DNA of 64,000 nucleotides, from contig OZ252243.1 of assembly GCA_965249555.1 (NCBI GenBank), positions 1,120,001 to 1,184,000 on the forward strand, in the 5' to 3' direction. Each line of letters starts with the position of its first letter. Positions within the stretch are counted from its first letter, which is position 1. The notes under the pieces are model-generated. The model was not told the origin of the DNA, made no database searches, and saw nothing but the letters and a program-made list of their open reading frames with translations. Of this stretch, positions 47,221 through 58,428 are shown piece by piece. A program made the position numbers and the translations under genes. Source of the DNA: Nitrosopumilus sp. Its GTDB lineage: Archaea; Thermoproteota; Nitrososphaeria; Nitrososphaerales; Nitrosopumilaceae.

Positions 47221-48056
47221 AATCTTTAATGATTCAAGGAACATCTTCTGGTGCTGGAAAGACAACATTAGTTGCAGCTCTATGTAGAATTTTTTCAGAC
47301 AAAGGTTTTCGCGTAGCGCCATACAAATCACAAAATATGTCAAATTTTGCATATATCACGCCTGACTTTGAAATTTCTCGTGCTCAAGCAATTCAAGCTA
47401 TTGGTGCTAGATGTGATATTACCTCTGACTTGAATCCAATCTTACTCAAACCATTAGGAAATTACTATAGCATGGTGTATCTAAATGGTAAACGCTACAA
47501 GAAAATGCATGCAAAAGACTATTATGAAAAATTTGTTAACTTTGAGGGAATTAAGATTGCATCTAGATCATTGAAAACTTTACAGAAAAATTTTGATTTA
47601 ATAATTTTAGAAGGTGCAGGTTCTCCTGCTGAAATTAATTTACAAAAATTTGATATTGCAAACATGAAGATGGCACAAAAGGCTAATGCGTCTGTATTAC
47701 TAATCACTGATATTGACAAAGGAGGATCATTTGCAAGTATTGTTGGAACAATGGCGCTAATTGAAAAAAAATATCAAAAATTAGTAAAAGGTTTTGTTTT
47801 TAACAAATTTAGAGGAGATATTGATGTATTAAAACCAGGATTTCAAAAACTCAAAAATATTACAAAGGTACCTGTATTGGGTACTATTCCAATGATGCCA
47901 TTGAACTTACCTGAGGAGGATTCGCTTAATGCAAAACCCAAAGATATTGCCTGGACTAAGAAAAATATTTCAAAAATTGACAATGAATTAAACAAGTTAG
48001 CAAAAACAGTAAAATCAAACATTGATATCAAATCAATTGAGAGGATGTTACAATGA
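47217..48056 (+). CDS. cobQ: Cobyric acid synthase, synthetase domain only
   Basis: IQGTSSGAGKT, PYKSQNMS, NPILLKP, EGAGSPAEINL, NKFRGD; 279 aa. Confidence 0.9.
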   Translation: MKSLMIQGTSSGAGKTTLVAALCRIFSDKGFRVAPYKSQNMSNFAYITPDFEISRAQAIQAIGARCDITSDLNPILLKPLGNYYSMVYLNGKRYKKMHAKDYYEKFVNFEGIKIASRSLKTLQKNFDLIILEGAGSPAEINLQKFDIANMKMAQKANASVLLITDIDKGGSFASIVGTMALIEKKYQKLVKGFVFNKFRGDIDVLKPGFQKLKNITKVPVLGTIPMMPLNLPEEDSLNAKPKDIAWTKKNISKIDNELNKLAKTVKSNIDIKSIERMLQ

Positions 48057-49024
48057 TCCTAGAATCTATTCTTATTGTCTGTCTTGCAATATTCTTTGAT
48101 TTTACATTTGGAGATCCTAAAAATAGATATCATCCAACAGCTTGGATTGGAGGATTAATTGCAAAACTAACACCTATTGCACAAAATAAAAATCAGATTA
48201 TAGAAAAACTTGGAGGAATTCTTGTTGTTACAATTACTTCAAGTATTGTAATTTTATTGCTTTTAATGTCAAGTATTGGAATATCTTTGATTCCAATTGA
48301 TTTTGTTTCATTAATTGTATCTGTAATTGTTGGTGGATTGCTACTAAAAACCACCATTGCTATTCGTGGAATGCAAAAACATGCCAAAGCAGTATTGGAG
48401 TCACTTGATCAAGACAATCTCGAATTAGCTAGAACAAATCTATCCATGATTGTTAAGAGAAATACCAAGAATTTGGACAAAAATCACGTTATTTCAGGCG
48501 TACTTGAAAGTATCAGTGAAAATACTGTAGATGGAATTACCGGACCTCTGTTCTACTTTGCTCTTTTTGGCTTACCTGGAGCATTTGTGTATCGAGTAAT
48601 TAACACTGCAGATTCAATGATTGGATACAAAACTGATATTTTTAAAAATGTAGGATGGTTTGGAGCAACTTGTGACACAATTTTAAATTATATTCCATCT
48701 AGACTCACAGGATTAGTAATGATCATTTCAGCTGCCATCTTACAAAACAATTGGAAGGAATCATATAAGATAATGATTAGAGATGGTAGAAAAACTAAAA
48801 GTCCTAATGCAGGATATCCTATGGCTGCGCTTGCAGGTGCTCTTGAAACAAAGTTTGAAAAAATAAATCACTACAAGTTAGGTAATGGCGAAATTATTCT
48901 AACAAAAGAACATGTAAACTCTGCACTTACAATGATGAAACTTACTTCAATTCTTTTCTTTGGAATAGTAACCATTCCAATAATTACTGTTTTATCACTG
49001 GTCGGATGGTGGATTCATGCTTAA
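48053..49024 (+). CDS. cbiB: Adenosylcobinamide-phosphate synthase
   Basis: GDP...HP, ESISENTVDG, YRVINTADSMIGY, SPNAGYPMAA. Confidence 0.93.
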   Translation: MILESILIVCLAIFFDFTFGDPKNRYHPTAWIGGLIAKLTPIAQNKNQIIEKLGGILVVTITSSIVILLLLMSSIGISLIPIDFVSLIVSVIVGGLLLKTTIAIRGMQKHAKAVLESLDQDNLELARTNLSMIVKRNTKNLDKNHVISGVLESISENTVDGITGPLFYFALFGLPGAFVYRVINTADSMIGYKTDIFKNVGWFGATCDTILNYIPSRLTGLVMIISAAILQNNWKESYKIMIRDGRKTKSPNAGYPMAALAGALETKFEKINHYKLGNGEIILTKEHVNSALTMMKLTSILFFGIVTIPIITVLSLVGWWIHA

Positions 49025-49742
49025 AGAAATTAGCTCTGTTTTTTCTTTTCTGACAATTTTTCCATCATCAAATGCAACCCTAGAAAATATTGCAAAATAC
49101 ATGTATCTTTTTCCTATTGTTGGAATTGCAATTGGATTTTTAGTTGGTTCTTTTGGTTTTGGATTATCTTTTGTTTTAGATCCTTTACTAGTTAGCTTGT
49201 TAGTAGTTGCATCTATTGCAATTGTTACTGGAATACATCATGCAGATGGTTTAGCTGATTTTGCTGATGGACTTATGGTAAAGGGAAGCAAAGATAAAAA
49301 GCTAAACGCAATGAAAGATCTTTCTACTGGTTCTGCAGGAGTTGTTGCAATTGTTTTGTATCTTATTGGTTTGATAATTACAGTTTCTCTCACAAGTGGA
49401 TTTGATTTGTTTAGAGCAATTCTGATAAGTGAAATTTTAGCAAAATTCTCAATGGTACTAATGGCAAGTTTGGGAAATTCAGCCTCACCAGGCTCAAATT
49501 CTCCTTTTGTAAAGATTATGAAAGATAAGAAAAAACTTGCAGCTGCATTCATCATCATGCTAATTCCAGTAATTGTTATTGGTGAAACTACTGGATTACT
49601 AATGCTTGGTGTAACTGTTACCCTAACTCTATTTCTTCTAGCGATATCTACTCGTAGTTTTGGTGGAATTACTGGTGATGTTCTTGGTGCTACTAACGAA
49701 CTTACAAGATTGGCTTCTCTAATGGTATTTGTATCGATATGA
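49017..49742 (+). CDS. cobS: Adenosylcobinamide-GDP ribazoletransferase
   Basis: FLTIFP, TGIHHADGLADFADG, GGITGDVLGA. Confidence 0.95.
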   Translation: MLKEISSVFSFLTIFPSSNATLENIAKYMYLFPIVGIAIGFLVGSFGFGLSFVLDPLLVSLLVVASIAIVTGIHHADGLADFADGLMVKGSKDKKLNAMKDLSTGSAGVVAIVLYLIGLIITVSLTSGFDLFRAILISEILAKFSMVLMASLGNSASPGSNSPFVKIMKDKKKLAAAFIIMLIPVIVIGETTGLLMLGVTVTLTLFLLAISTRSFGGITGDVLGATNELTRLASLMVFVSI

Positions 49743-50323
49743 TTGGTCTTGTAATGGCAGGTGGTAAAGGCATTCGCATGAATCTAGGTGATGAAAAACT
49801 ATTACTCCAATACAAAAAACCTGTAATCCTCCATGTCATTGACTCGTTAAAAAATTCAAATTGTTTTTCAAAAATTTTAGCGATTACTAGTTCCAATTCT
49901 CCTAAAACAAAAAAGTTACTGCAAGAAAATAATGTTGAAACTTTTGATACTCCTGGAATTGGTTATGTAGAAGATCTAAATTTAGTACTTAAAACTATCA
50001 ATGATCTAGTTTTAGTTAGTTCTGGAGATTTACCATTATTAGATAAAGAAATCATCCAAAAAGTTGTAACTTACTATAATTCTCAAAATGTTTGGACTAG
50101 TATTCTTGTCACAAACAAATTCTTAACTACAATTGGAATTGAATCTGATTATTCTGTAAATTTTGATAATCAAAAATGCCATTATACTGGAATTTCTATA
50201 ATTAATTCAGAAAAAATTACTTCACTTGAAAATTTAGAAGAAAATTTTGTTATAATTAACGATAAAAGAGTTGCATTTAATCTAAATACAAAGCAAGACT
50301 ATGATTTACTCAGCACTACCTAA
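49739..50323 (+). CDS. cobY: GTP:adenosylcobinamide-phosphate guanylyltransferase
   Basis: MAGGKGIRM...EKLL, GYVEDL, DLP, NLNT. Confidence 0.88.
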   Translation: MIGLVMAGGKGIRMNLGDEKLLLQYKKPVILHVIDSLKNSNCFSKILAITSSNSPKTKKLLQENNVETFDTPGIGYVEDLNLVLKTINDLVLVSSGDLPLLDKEIIQKVVTYYNSQNVWTSILVTNKFLTTIGIESDYSVNFDNQKCHYTGISIINSEKITSLENLEENFVIINDKRVAFNLNTKQDYDLLSTT

Positions 50324-50503
50324 GATTTTACCATTTATCTTAGCTTTTGACCCTGTTGGTTCTGCAATGGTGTTACCACAAGAATTGCATGCAATTACTG
50401 TCGATGCATGAGAATAAATTATTTGAAGTTCACCACACTCATCGCAGTTAACTTTTTGAAATTTGCTAGATGGTTTTGGGATTTCAATATGATCTTTTTT
50501 CAT
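50306..50503 (-). CDS. rps27e: 30S ribosomal protein S27e
   Basis: PSSKFQKVNCDECG...CNSCG...PTG. Confidence 0.96.
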   Translation of the reverse strand: MKKDHIEIPKPSSKFQKVNCDECGELQIIYSHASTVIACNSCGNTIAEPTGSKAKINGKILGSAE

Positions 50504-50781
50504 GCTGCCACCAACTCAAACTTTTTAATTCTAATGCCTGGTTTATTGTATTTCTTTTTACACACAGTACATGTCATAATAGGAGTAACTTTTTTTGTAA
50601 CTTTGGCTGGTTTTGCTAGTTTTGGGAACTTTTGTCCACCGTATCCATGTTTACGTTCTGCATGTCGGCGTTCGCCTCTAGCTGAACCACGTCTTTTACC
50701 AGCCTTGTAAATGGAGACCTTTTGTTCAGTATGTGTTTTACATTTTGGACAATACTTTCTGATCACCTTGGGCATGTTCAT
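50500..50781 (-). CDS. rpl44e: 50S ribosomal protein L44e
   Basis: YCPKCKTHT...GYGGQKFP...CTVC. Confidence 0.96.
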   Translation of the reverse strand: MNMPKVIRKYCPKCKTHTEQKVSIYKAGKRRGSARGERRHAERKHGYGGQKFPKLAKPAKVTKKVTPIMTCTVCKKKYNKPGIRIKKFELVAA

Positions 50782-50851
50782 ATCAACAAAACCTCTCCAA
50801 CCGTAATTTAAGCATTGAATCTATAATAGATGCAAAATCCAATTAATAACC

Positions 50852-52615
50852 GTGAATTCAAGCCTAGCAAATTCGATTATCTCTTTGAATTCGGTAGCAA
50901 TGGGTGACAAAAAAGCCGATCTTATTTTAAAAAACTGTAATTTATTGTCAGTCTATACTAAAGAAATCATTCCAAAAATTCAGATTGCAATAATTGATGA
51001 TAGGATTGCATATGTTGGTCCAGACGCTGCGCATACAATTGGTCCAAAAACAACAGTCATTGATGTAAATGGCAAATACGTAAGTCCGGGTTTTGCAGAT
51101 CCTCATTTACATATTGATCAATTTGTTCTACCGTCTGAATTTGCAAAAAAGGCACTTCTTTGTGGTGTTACTTCTCTTTTTTCTGATCCAATTGATATTG
51201 TTAGTGTTACAGGTTACAAAGGCTTTCAAGAATTTCTTAAACTTGGAGAAGATTTACCGATAAGAATTTTTCAAGTGGTTCCTGGAGGTCTTCCTGTTGA
51301 TGCAAAATTTAGCAACAGTAAAACTTTTTCTTTATCGCAGGAAAAAACTGCAATAAAACATCCTCATGTTCTTGGCTTGGGAGAAGTTTTTTCATGGACT
51401 AAAGTTACTTTACGTGAACCAAAAACAATGAAATCTCTTTCAACAATGTTAGAGTGTGATTGCATAATTAATGGACATACTGCAGGTATAAGTGAAAAAA
51501 AACTCAACGCATATGTTTCATCAGGTATACTCTCTTGTCACGAACCAATTAATTTTGATCAAGTATTAGAAAGATTGCGTCTTGGAATGTGGGTAATGAT
51601 TAGAGAAGGTTCTATAAGACGTGATTTAAAGGAAATCATTCCTCGTGTTTTGTCTCATGGAACGTACCTTAATCGCCTGATGTTTTGCTCTGATGGTCTT
51701 AATCCACTAGATATTACAAAATTTGGTCATATTGATCATTGCATCAGAGAATCAATAAAACTTGGTCTAAAACCAATAGATGCAATTACCATTGCATCAA
51801 GGAATAATTTTGACTATTACAATATGAGAAAAGATCTTGGTGGAATTGCACCTGGAAAACTAGCAGATATTCTTGTTTTCAATGATTTGAAATCATTCAA
51901 ACCAAACAAAGTCTTTGTGGGAGGTAAACTTGTAGTTTCAAATGGAAGTATTGTAACTTCTATCAAGAAAAAAATAATCTCACCTTGGATTAAAAAAACT
52001 GTTAAACTAAAAAAATTCTCAAAAAATGATTTTCTTATAAAATCAAAAAAGAAAGATGTTCTTGCAAATACTATCTTTATGCAAACTGAAATCATTACCA
52101 AAATTGGTTCAGCTGAACTACATTCAAAAAACGGTCATGTTTCTGCCTCTTTTGATTCTGATATATGGAAAGTTGCAGCATTTGATAGAACTCATGGAAC
52201 AAATCGACATGCAATTGGATTTCTTGAAAACTTTGGAGCAGATATAGGTGCTTTTGCTTCCACTTGGAGTTTTCATGAAAATGATATGATCGTAATAGGT
52301 TCAAATGATTCTGATATGGCAATTGCATCTAATCATATTATTAAAAATCAGGGCGGACTTGTTGTAGTAAAATCTGGCAAAATTCTAGCTTCTTTACCTT
52401 TACAATTTGCAGGAATTATTTCCACAGATTCTTTTGAAAAGGTTTCATCAAATTTTCAAAAAATCAATAACTCTATTGTAGACTCAGGATGTAAATTTGC
52501 TAGACCTCATCTTATCCCATTATTCTTACCTTTTTTGGCTTTACCATCTGTTAGAATTCTCTCAGGTGGCATTGTTGATGTGAAAAAACGAAATTACATA
52601 CAGCCGATCAACTAA
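50852..52615 (+). CDS. ade: Adenine deaminase
   Basis: PGFADPHLH, GLGE, GH, HE, IREGS, CSD, GGIAPGKLAD. Confidence 0.88.
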   Translation: MNSSLANSIISLNSVAMGDKKADLILKNCNLLSVYTKEIIPKIQIAIIDDRIAYVGPDAAHTIGPKTTVIDVNGKYVSPGFADPHLHIDQFVLPSEFAKKALLCGVTSLFSDPIDIVSVTGYKGFQEFLKLGEDLPIRIFQVVPGGLPVDAKFSNSKTFSLSQEKTAIKHPHVLGLGEVFSWTKVTLREPKTMKSLSTMLECDCIINGHTAGISEKKLNAYVSSGILSCHEPINFDQVLERLRLGMWVMIREGSIRRDLKEIIPRVLSHGTYLNRLMFCSDGLNPLDITKFGHIDHCIRESIKLGLKPIDAITIASRNNFDYYNMRKDLGGIAPGKLADILVFNDLKSFKPNKVFVGGKLVVSNGSIVTSIKKKIISPWIKKTVKLKKFSKNDFLIKSKKKDVLANTIFMQTEIITKIGSAELHSKNGHVSASFDSDIWKVAAFDRTHGTNRHAIGFLENFGADIGAFASTWSFHENDMIVIGSNDSDMAIASNHIIKNQGGLVVVKSGKILASLPLQFAGIISTDSFEKVSSNFQKINNSIVDSGCKFARPHLIPLFLPFLALPSVRILSGGIVDVKKRNYIQPIN

Positions 52616-52657
52616 GTAATGTTAAAAAGGGGGATTTAGGGGATTGATGCAGAATCT

Positions 52658-54277
52658 ATGGCCTCAATTCAACAAGGACCAAATGGACCTGTTTTAGTTC
52701 TCAAAGAGAGCGCATTACAGCAAAAAGGTAAAGATGCTCAACAAAACAATATTGCTGCAGCAAAATTAGTTGCAGAATTGGTTAAAAGTAGTCTTGGACC
52801 ACGAGGTCTTGATAAAATGTTAGTTGATTCTTTAGGTGATGTAACTATTACCAATGATGGTGCTACAATTCTAAAAGAAATTGATGTTCAACATCCAGCA
52901 GCTAAAATGATAGTTGAAATCGCTAAAACAGTAGATAATGAAGTAGGTGACGGTACAACTTCATCTGTTGTTTTTGCAGGTGCATTATTAGCCAAAGCAG
53001 AAGATCTTCTCAAAAAAGATGTTCATTCTTCAACCATTGTTGAGGGTTATCAAACAGCTGCTGAAAAAACTCTTGAAATTTACTCAGAATTATCAAAGAA
53101 AATAAGACCTGATGATAAAGAATCGCTTCTTAAAATTGCAATAACTAGTATGCAATCAAAATTAATTTCTGAAGATAGTGGTATTTTATCAAAAATTGTA
53201 GTTGATGCAATTCTTAGTATTGTAACCAAGAAAGGTGATGATTACACTGTTGATCTTGAAAATCTCAAAGTCGAAAAGAAATCTGGTGGTTCAATTCAAG
53301 ACACGCAAATTGTGAAAGGTATTGTTTTAGATAAAGAAATTGTTCATAGTGGAATGCCTACAAAAATTGAAAAAGCAAAAATTGCATTAATAAATTCAGC
53401 ATTAGAAATTGAAAAAACTGAAATGAGTTCTGAAATTAGAATTACTGATCCAACTCAAATGCAGATGTTCTTAGAAGAAGAAAATCGAATGCTAAAAACT
53501 ATGGTTGACAAGTTACATGATGTTGGAGTTAATGTTTTGATTTGTCAAAAAGGAATTGATGACATTGCACAACACTATCTTGCAAAACACGGTATTTTGG
53601 CAGTTCGTCGTGTCAAAGAAAGTGATATGATTAAACTTTCTAAAGCCACAGGTGGACGTGTAATTAGCAACCTAGATGATCTTTCAGAAAAAGACCTTGG
53701 TTATGCTGATTTGGCTCATCAAAAGAAAGTTGAATCTGATAAATGGGTATTCATTGAAGGATGTAAACATCCACAATCAGTCACTTTACTAATACGTGGT
53801 GGTTCTCAACGAGTAATTGATGAAGTTGATCGTTCAATTCATGACTCTTTAATGGTGGTAAAAGATGTAATTGAAAAACCTGAAATTGTTGCAGGCGGAG
53901 GTGCACCTGAATCATTTGCAGCCTCACAACTCAAGAACTGGGCAGATAATTTTGATGGCAGAGAACAACTTGCAATCAAAAAATATGCTGAAGCATTAGA
54001 AACAATTCCGTTAACTATTGCTGAAAATGCAGGAATGGATCCAATTAATACCATGGCTAATCTTAGAGCAAAACAAAATCAGGGTCGTAAATGGACTGGT
54101 ATTGATGCTAGAAACACAAAGATTGCTGATATGTTAGCAATTGATGTTGTAGAACCAATTGTAGTCAAAGAACAGATTATCAAATCTGCAACAGAAACAG
54201 CATGTATGATTCTTAGAATAGATGACGTAATTGCTGTATCTGGCGGTTCAGGTGGCAGTATGCCTCCAATGGGATAA
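52658..54277 (+). CDS. Thermosome (group II chaperonin) subunit
   Basis: [31 protein letters not shown]. Confidence 0.97.
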   Translation: MASIQQGPNGPVLVLKESALQQKGKDAQQNNIAAAKLVAELVKSSLGPRGLDKMLVDSLGDVTITNDGATILKEIDVQHPAAKMIVEIAKTVDNEVGDGTTSSVVFAGALLAKAEDLLKKDVHSSTIVEGYQTAAEKTLEIYSELSKKIRPDDKESLLKIAITSMQSKLISEDSGILSKIVVDAILSIVTKKGDDYTVDLENLKVEKKSGGSIQDTQIVKGIVLDKEIVHSGMPTKIEKAKIALINSALEIEKTEMSSEIRITDPTQMQMFLEEENRMLKTMVDKLHDVGVNVLICQKGIDDIAQHYLAKHGILAVRRVKESDMIKLSKATGGRVISNLDDLSEKDLGYADLAHQKKVESDKWVFIEGCKHPQSVTLLIRGGSQRVIDEVDRSIHDSLMVVKDVIEKPEIVAGGGAPESFAASQLKNWADNFDGREQLAIKKYAEALETIPLTIAENAGMDPINTMANLRAKQNQGRKWTGIDARNTKIADMLAIDVVEPIVVKEQIIKSATETACMILRIDDVIAVSGGSGGSMPPMG

Positions 54278-54320
54278 GTTTTAGTTAAAACTTAAGCCTT
54301 CTAATTTTACTAAATTATCA

Positions 54321-55184
54321 TTGTATAAGGTTGGTGTTGATTTAGGTGGTACTAAAATAGAAGCGATTTTACTTGATGAAAATCTAAATGTTTTAGAGAA
54401 AAAAAGAGTCTTAACTCCAAAAAATAGTTATCAAGAAATCATCAATGCTATCTCATCTTTGGTCTTAGACATTTCTGTAAACATCTCAGACTTTTCTTTA
54501 GGAATTTGTACACCCGGTGCAATTTCTAAACAAACTGGATTAATTAAAAATAGTAATACACAATGCTTGATTGGAAAATCCCTAAAAGAAGATCTAGAAA
54601 ATAAACTAGAAAAAAAAATATCAATGGAAAATGATGCTAACTGTTTTGCAATGGCTGAATCTAAAATGGGTGCTGCTAGTGGGTTTGGTGTAGTCTTTGG
54701 AGTGATAATGGGCACTGGTGTTGGCGGTGGAATTGTAATTGATGGAAAACTTCATCCTGGTAGAACTAACATTGGAGGTGAATGGGGACATCATACGATA
54801 CATCGCAATGGAAATCCTTGTTATTGTAGCAAAACTGGATGTGTAGAGACTTACATCAGTGGTCCTTCACTGGAAAAACGATGGAAAGAATTAACTGGAA
54901 AATTACAATCTCTTTCTGACATTCTTTCAAATATTGATAATGAGATTGGACAAAAATGGAAAAATGAATTTTTAGAAAATTTTGGATATGGTCTTGCTAA
55001 TGTTATAGATATCTTAGATCCGGATGTAATTGTTTTAGGTGGTGGTTTATCAAATATTGATTTTTTGTATACTGAAGGAAAAGAATCAGTTCACAACAAG
55101 GTATTTTCAGACTTGGTTGATACCCCAATTTTGAAAAACAAATTAGGTGATTCTGCTGGGGTTTTTGGTGCGTGTTTATTATGA
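54321..55184 (+). CDS. ROK family sugar kinase
   Basis: GVDLGGTK, ENDANC, GTGVGGG, GEWGH, CYC..TGCVE. Confidence 0.93.
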   Translation: MYKVGVDLGGTKIEAILLDENLNVLEKKRVLTPKNSYQEIINAISSLVLDISVNISDFSLGICTPGAISKQTGLIKNSNTQCLIGKSLKEDLENKLEKKISMENDANCFAMAESKMGAASGFGVVFGVIMGTGVGGGIVIDGKLHPGRTNIGGEWGHHTIHRNGNPCYCSKTGCVETYISGPSLEKRWKELTGKLQSLSDILSNIDNEIGQKWKNEFLENFGYGLANVIDILDPDVIVLGGGLSNIDFLYTEGKESVHNKVFSDLVDTPILKNKLGDSAGVFGACLL

Positions 55185-55271
55185 CTGATAAATTCCATTT
55201 TGGAATCTATTTGTCAAACAAAATATAGATTATAGATATAACTATCAAAACCTAAAGAGTTTTGAAGAAAA

Positions 55272-55920
55272 TTGATTTCAAAGATAATTCTTGGTTTGCT
55301 CTCTGTAATTATCTTATTTCAAGCACATCAAGTTTATGGTGATGAAGAATTACCCATAATTACAATAGATTTTGTTTCTGGAAATATAATTGATTTAGAC
55401 GAGTCCACAAATGATTAGGGCTGATATTCTAATCCAAAACTATAATCCTCAAGATGGTTATACCTACATGTAAATTACTAGAGTAAGTGATGGAGAAATT
55501 ACCAAATACACTGAAATTTTACCTAAGGCTATTAGTGGAGAAGAAGATAATTTGTCTCGAGTTCAAATTTTACACTACATTGAACCTGGTCAAAACGATG
55601 AAGACTTGATAGGAGATTATATACTTGGAATTCATTCTCAATATGGTTCTAGTGGAGCTGTTGAAGAATTTTCTATTATTAACTAAAGTATGCCAATAAT
55701 TGCTACTCAGAATGAAGTTGAAGAATCAGTAACACCTGAATAATCAGTAACATCTGAAGAATATGATGATGTTGAAGACAGTATAGAATCAGATAAAATT
55801 CCTTCTTGGGTACATGATATTTTTGTTTGGTATGCAAATGAAACTATTTCAGAAAATGAATTACTAGCAGCAATAGAATATCTAATTTCCCAAGGAACTA
55901 TTAATGTAAATTCTAATTAA
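55272..55920 (+). pseudogene. Pseudogene of secreted protein with C-terminal IPSW domain
   Basis: Signal peptide, one frameshift (~55410), three in-frame TAA stops, ends KIPSWVHDIFVWYANETISENELLAAIEYLISQG. Confidence 0.8.
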
Positions 55921-55930
55921 TTTGTAAACA

Positions 55931-56293
55931 TCAAGAATATTTGTTTTTAATTTCTAAAATCTTGTCAACAATTTTAATTACGTCTGCATCTAATTCTGTG
56001 CTAATCAAAATCAATCCTGCCCCTCCAATAGGAATAGTTACTCGATAAATTTTCTCATATTTTGCTAATGCAAAAATAGGCCTTCCAATTTTCCCTGCAG
56101 TTTTTTTACGGGTAGACCATCTGTAAATTGCCTGAGATAAAGACAACTCAGTTTCTTCTTTTGATAAATGACTTTTCAACCCTGGCCTCATCTTATCATA
56201 AAGTTCACCATAATCATACGCTCCTACATATCTGATTTTTTCATCACATTCTAAAATTTCATTACAAATTTTTTCATATTCCATATTTTTCAC
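55931..56293 (-). CDS. Roadblock/profilin-like hypothetical protein
   Basis: ICNEILECDEKIRYVG...YEKIYRVTIP pattern common in Nitrososphaerota. Confidence 0.7.
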   Translation of the reverse strand: MKNMEYEKICNEILECDEKIRYVGAYDYGELYDKMRPGLKSHLSKEETELSLSQAIYRWSTRKKTAGKIGRPIFALAKYEKIYRVTIPIGGAGLILISTELDADVIKIVDKILEIKNKYS

Positions 56294-57816
56294 TACTGGG
56301 GTTCAATTGTTGCAGGGGGTTTACTTGAAATGGTATACGTTACCCATGTAACATCTTCAATTTCATTTGTAATTCTATTACTAATTTTTTCTAAAAGACC
56401 ATGTGGAAGTCTTGTCCAATCTGCAGTCATTGCATCAATAGAATCTACAACTCGTATCATAACAATGTTTCCATATCTTCTTTCATCACCAACAACACCT
56501 ACTGCTTTATCGTCTCCAACTGCAGCATATGCTTGCCAAACTTTGTCATACAAGTCAGCCTCCATTAATTCATCTTCGACAATTTTACTTGCTACTTTGG
56601 CAATCTGAAGTTTTGTTGGAGTTACTTCTCCTATTATTCTAACAGCTAGTCCTGGACCTGGAAATGGATGTCTCATCAAAAGTTTCTCTGGAACTTTTAG
56701 AATTTTTGCTATTTTTCTTACTTCATCTTTGTATAATTCTCTTAGTGGTTCTAAAATTTCTAAATTGAGCCAACCTGGTAATCCTCCTACATTGTGATGA
56801 GACTTTATTACAGATGCTGGTCCCTTTGAAACTCCGCTTTCAATTACATCAGGATAAAGTGTACCTTGAGCTAACCATTTGAAAGGGCCATTTTTTTCAG
56901 AGAATTCAGTAAAAACACGAATAAACTCCTCACCTACAATTTTTCTTTTTCTTTCAGGATCTTCTACTCCTTTGAGTTTATCAAGAAACTCATCAACTGC
57001 ATTAACTGCTGTAAAATTTACATCAAAATTGTCTTTGAACATTTTCTCAATTTCTGTTTCTTCGTTTAATCGTAACAAACCATTATTTACAAAAACACAT
57101 TTGAGTTTATTTCCAAGTGCTTTGTGAATTAGTAATGCCGCTACAGTTGAATCTATACCTCCACTAACTCCACAAAGTACATCTCCTTCTATTTTTGAAA
57201 TTTTTTCTACAGCTGTATCAATAAAACCCTCCATAGTCCAATCTTGTTTTGCTTTACATACTTTCAAAACAAAATTCTTTAGAATTTCAGTACCTTGTTC
57301 TGTATGTACCACTTCAGGATGAAATTGAATTCCATAAATTGATTTTTCCTCTGATGCAATTGCAGCAGCTTTTGCACTTTCTGTATGGCCTATTACTTGA
57401 AATCCTGGAGGAATTTCTTCTGCTTCATCACCATGACTCATCCATGCTCTGACTGACTCTCCTACATCACTTAGAAGATCTTTATCATTATCAATTGTAA
57501 GTAAGGATGAACCATATTCTTTGTTTGCTCTTTTTATTTTACCACCGTATTTATTTACAATTAATTGATGTCCATAACAAATTCCAAGTAATGGTAAACT
57601 CATATCAAAAATTTTATTTTCTGGAACTGGAGCATCTGAATCATAAACACTTGCTGGACCTCCTGAAAAAATTATTCCTTTTGGATTATGTTTTTGTAAT
57701 TCTTCATAACTAATATCAAAAGGAACAAGTTCTGCATAGACAGAAAATTCTCTAATTCTTCTACAAATCAAATGGCTGTATTGTGACCCAAAATCTAAAA
57801 CTAGAATTTTATCCAT
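56293..57816 (-). CDS. guaA: GMP synthase (glutamine-hydrolysing)
   Basis: DFGSQY, GICYG, QFHPEV, SGGIDS, IKSHHNVGG, KPPATIE. Confidence 0.97.
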   Translation of the reverse strand: MDKILVLDFGSQYSHLICRRIREFSVYAELVPFDISYEELQKHNPKGIIFSGGPASVYDSDAPVPENKIFDMSLPLLGICYGHQLIVNKYGGKIKRANKEYGSSLLTIDNDKDLLSDVGESVRAWMSHGDEAEEIPPGFQVIGHTESAKAAAIASEEKSIYGIQFHPEVVHTEQGTEILKNFVLKVCKAKQDWTMEGFIDTAVEKISKIEGDVLCGVSGGIDSTVAALLIHKALGNKLKCVFVNNGLLRLNEETEIEKMFKDNFDVNFTAVNAVDEFLDKLKGVEDPERKRKIVGEEFIRVFTEFSEKNGPFKWLAQGTLYPDVIESGVSKGPASVIKSHHNVGGLPGWLNLEILEPLRELYKDEVRKIAKILKVPEKLLMRHPFPGPGLAVRIIGEVTPTKLQIAKVASKIVEDELMEADLYDKVWQAYAAVGDDKAVGVVGDERRYGNIVMIRVVDSIDAMTADWTRLPHGLLEKISNRITNEIEDVTWVTYTISSKPPATIEPQ

Positions 57817-57817
57817 G

Positions 57818-58393
57818 TCATCCCTTTTTGATATTTTCAAGCATTCGCGTTAATGACCACCCTGCTGTGTTGATTAACTCATTTACTCTTTCTTTTTGCC
57901 TATAGTTTTTGATAATAATTTCCCTAATGTCTGCTCCATTCTTGTTTATTATGCAATCAATAATTGATTCTTTTTGGATTTTCCCATTTTCTGCTTCTAC
58001 AAAATCCTTCTTTTTCATTTCTCCGATAATTCTATCTAAGAAAAATGATTTGAAGGGTGGAGTATCATCGCTAATCTCAATTTCATCATTTAAAACTATG
58101 GAAACTTGTTCTGGTGTGACATATGCATTAGCAAGTACTTTACCATCACCTGCTCTTTTAATTGGGATTGAATTCTCTTCAGGTTTTTTTACACTTTCTA
58201 TTTTGTTTTGAATCTCTACTTTCGTTGTTTCTAACTGTGACGCTTTTGTAAAACTAGAATCCTTCAAGAATAAATCTAAAATTATGATATTTTTTTCTAA
58301 CATTTCTATGGATTCATGATGTTTGTCAATTTGCCCGATCAAACTTTCCTTCAAAGTAACAATATCTTTTACTTGTTCTTCTGAGAATTTCAT
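57818..58393 (-). CDS. Hypothetical protein
   Basis: 191-aa ORF with SFTKAS and PPFKSFF motifs, cotranscribed with guaA. Confidence 0.75.
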   Translation of the reverse strand: MKFSEEQVKDIVTLKESLIGQIDKHHESIEMLEKNIIILDLFLKDSSFTKASQLETTKVEIQNKIESVKKPEENSIPIKRAGDGKVLANAYVTPEQVSIVLNDEIEISDDTPPFKSFFLDRIIGEMKKKDFVEAENGKIQKESIIDCIINKNGADIREIIIKNYRQKERVNELINTAGWSLTRMLENIKKG

Positions 58394-58428
58394 AATTTGA
58401 TAAATGAGGGATGGGTATTAAATGCATT

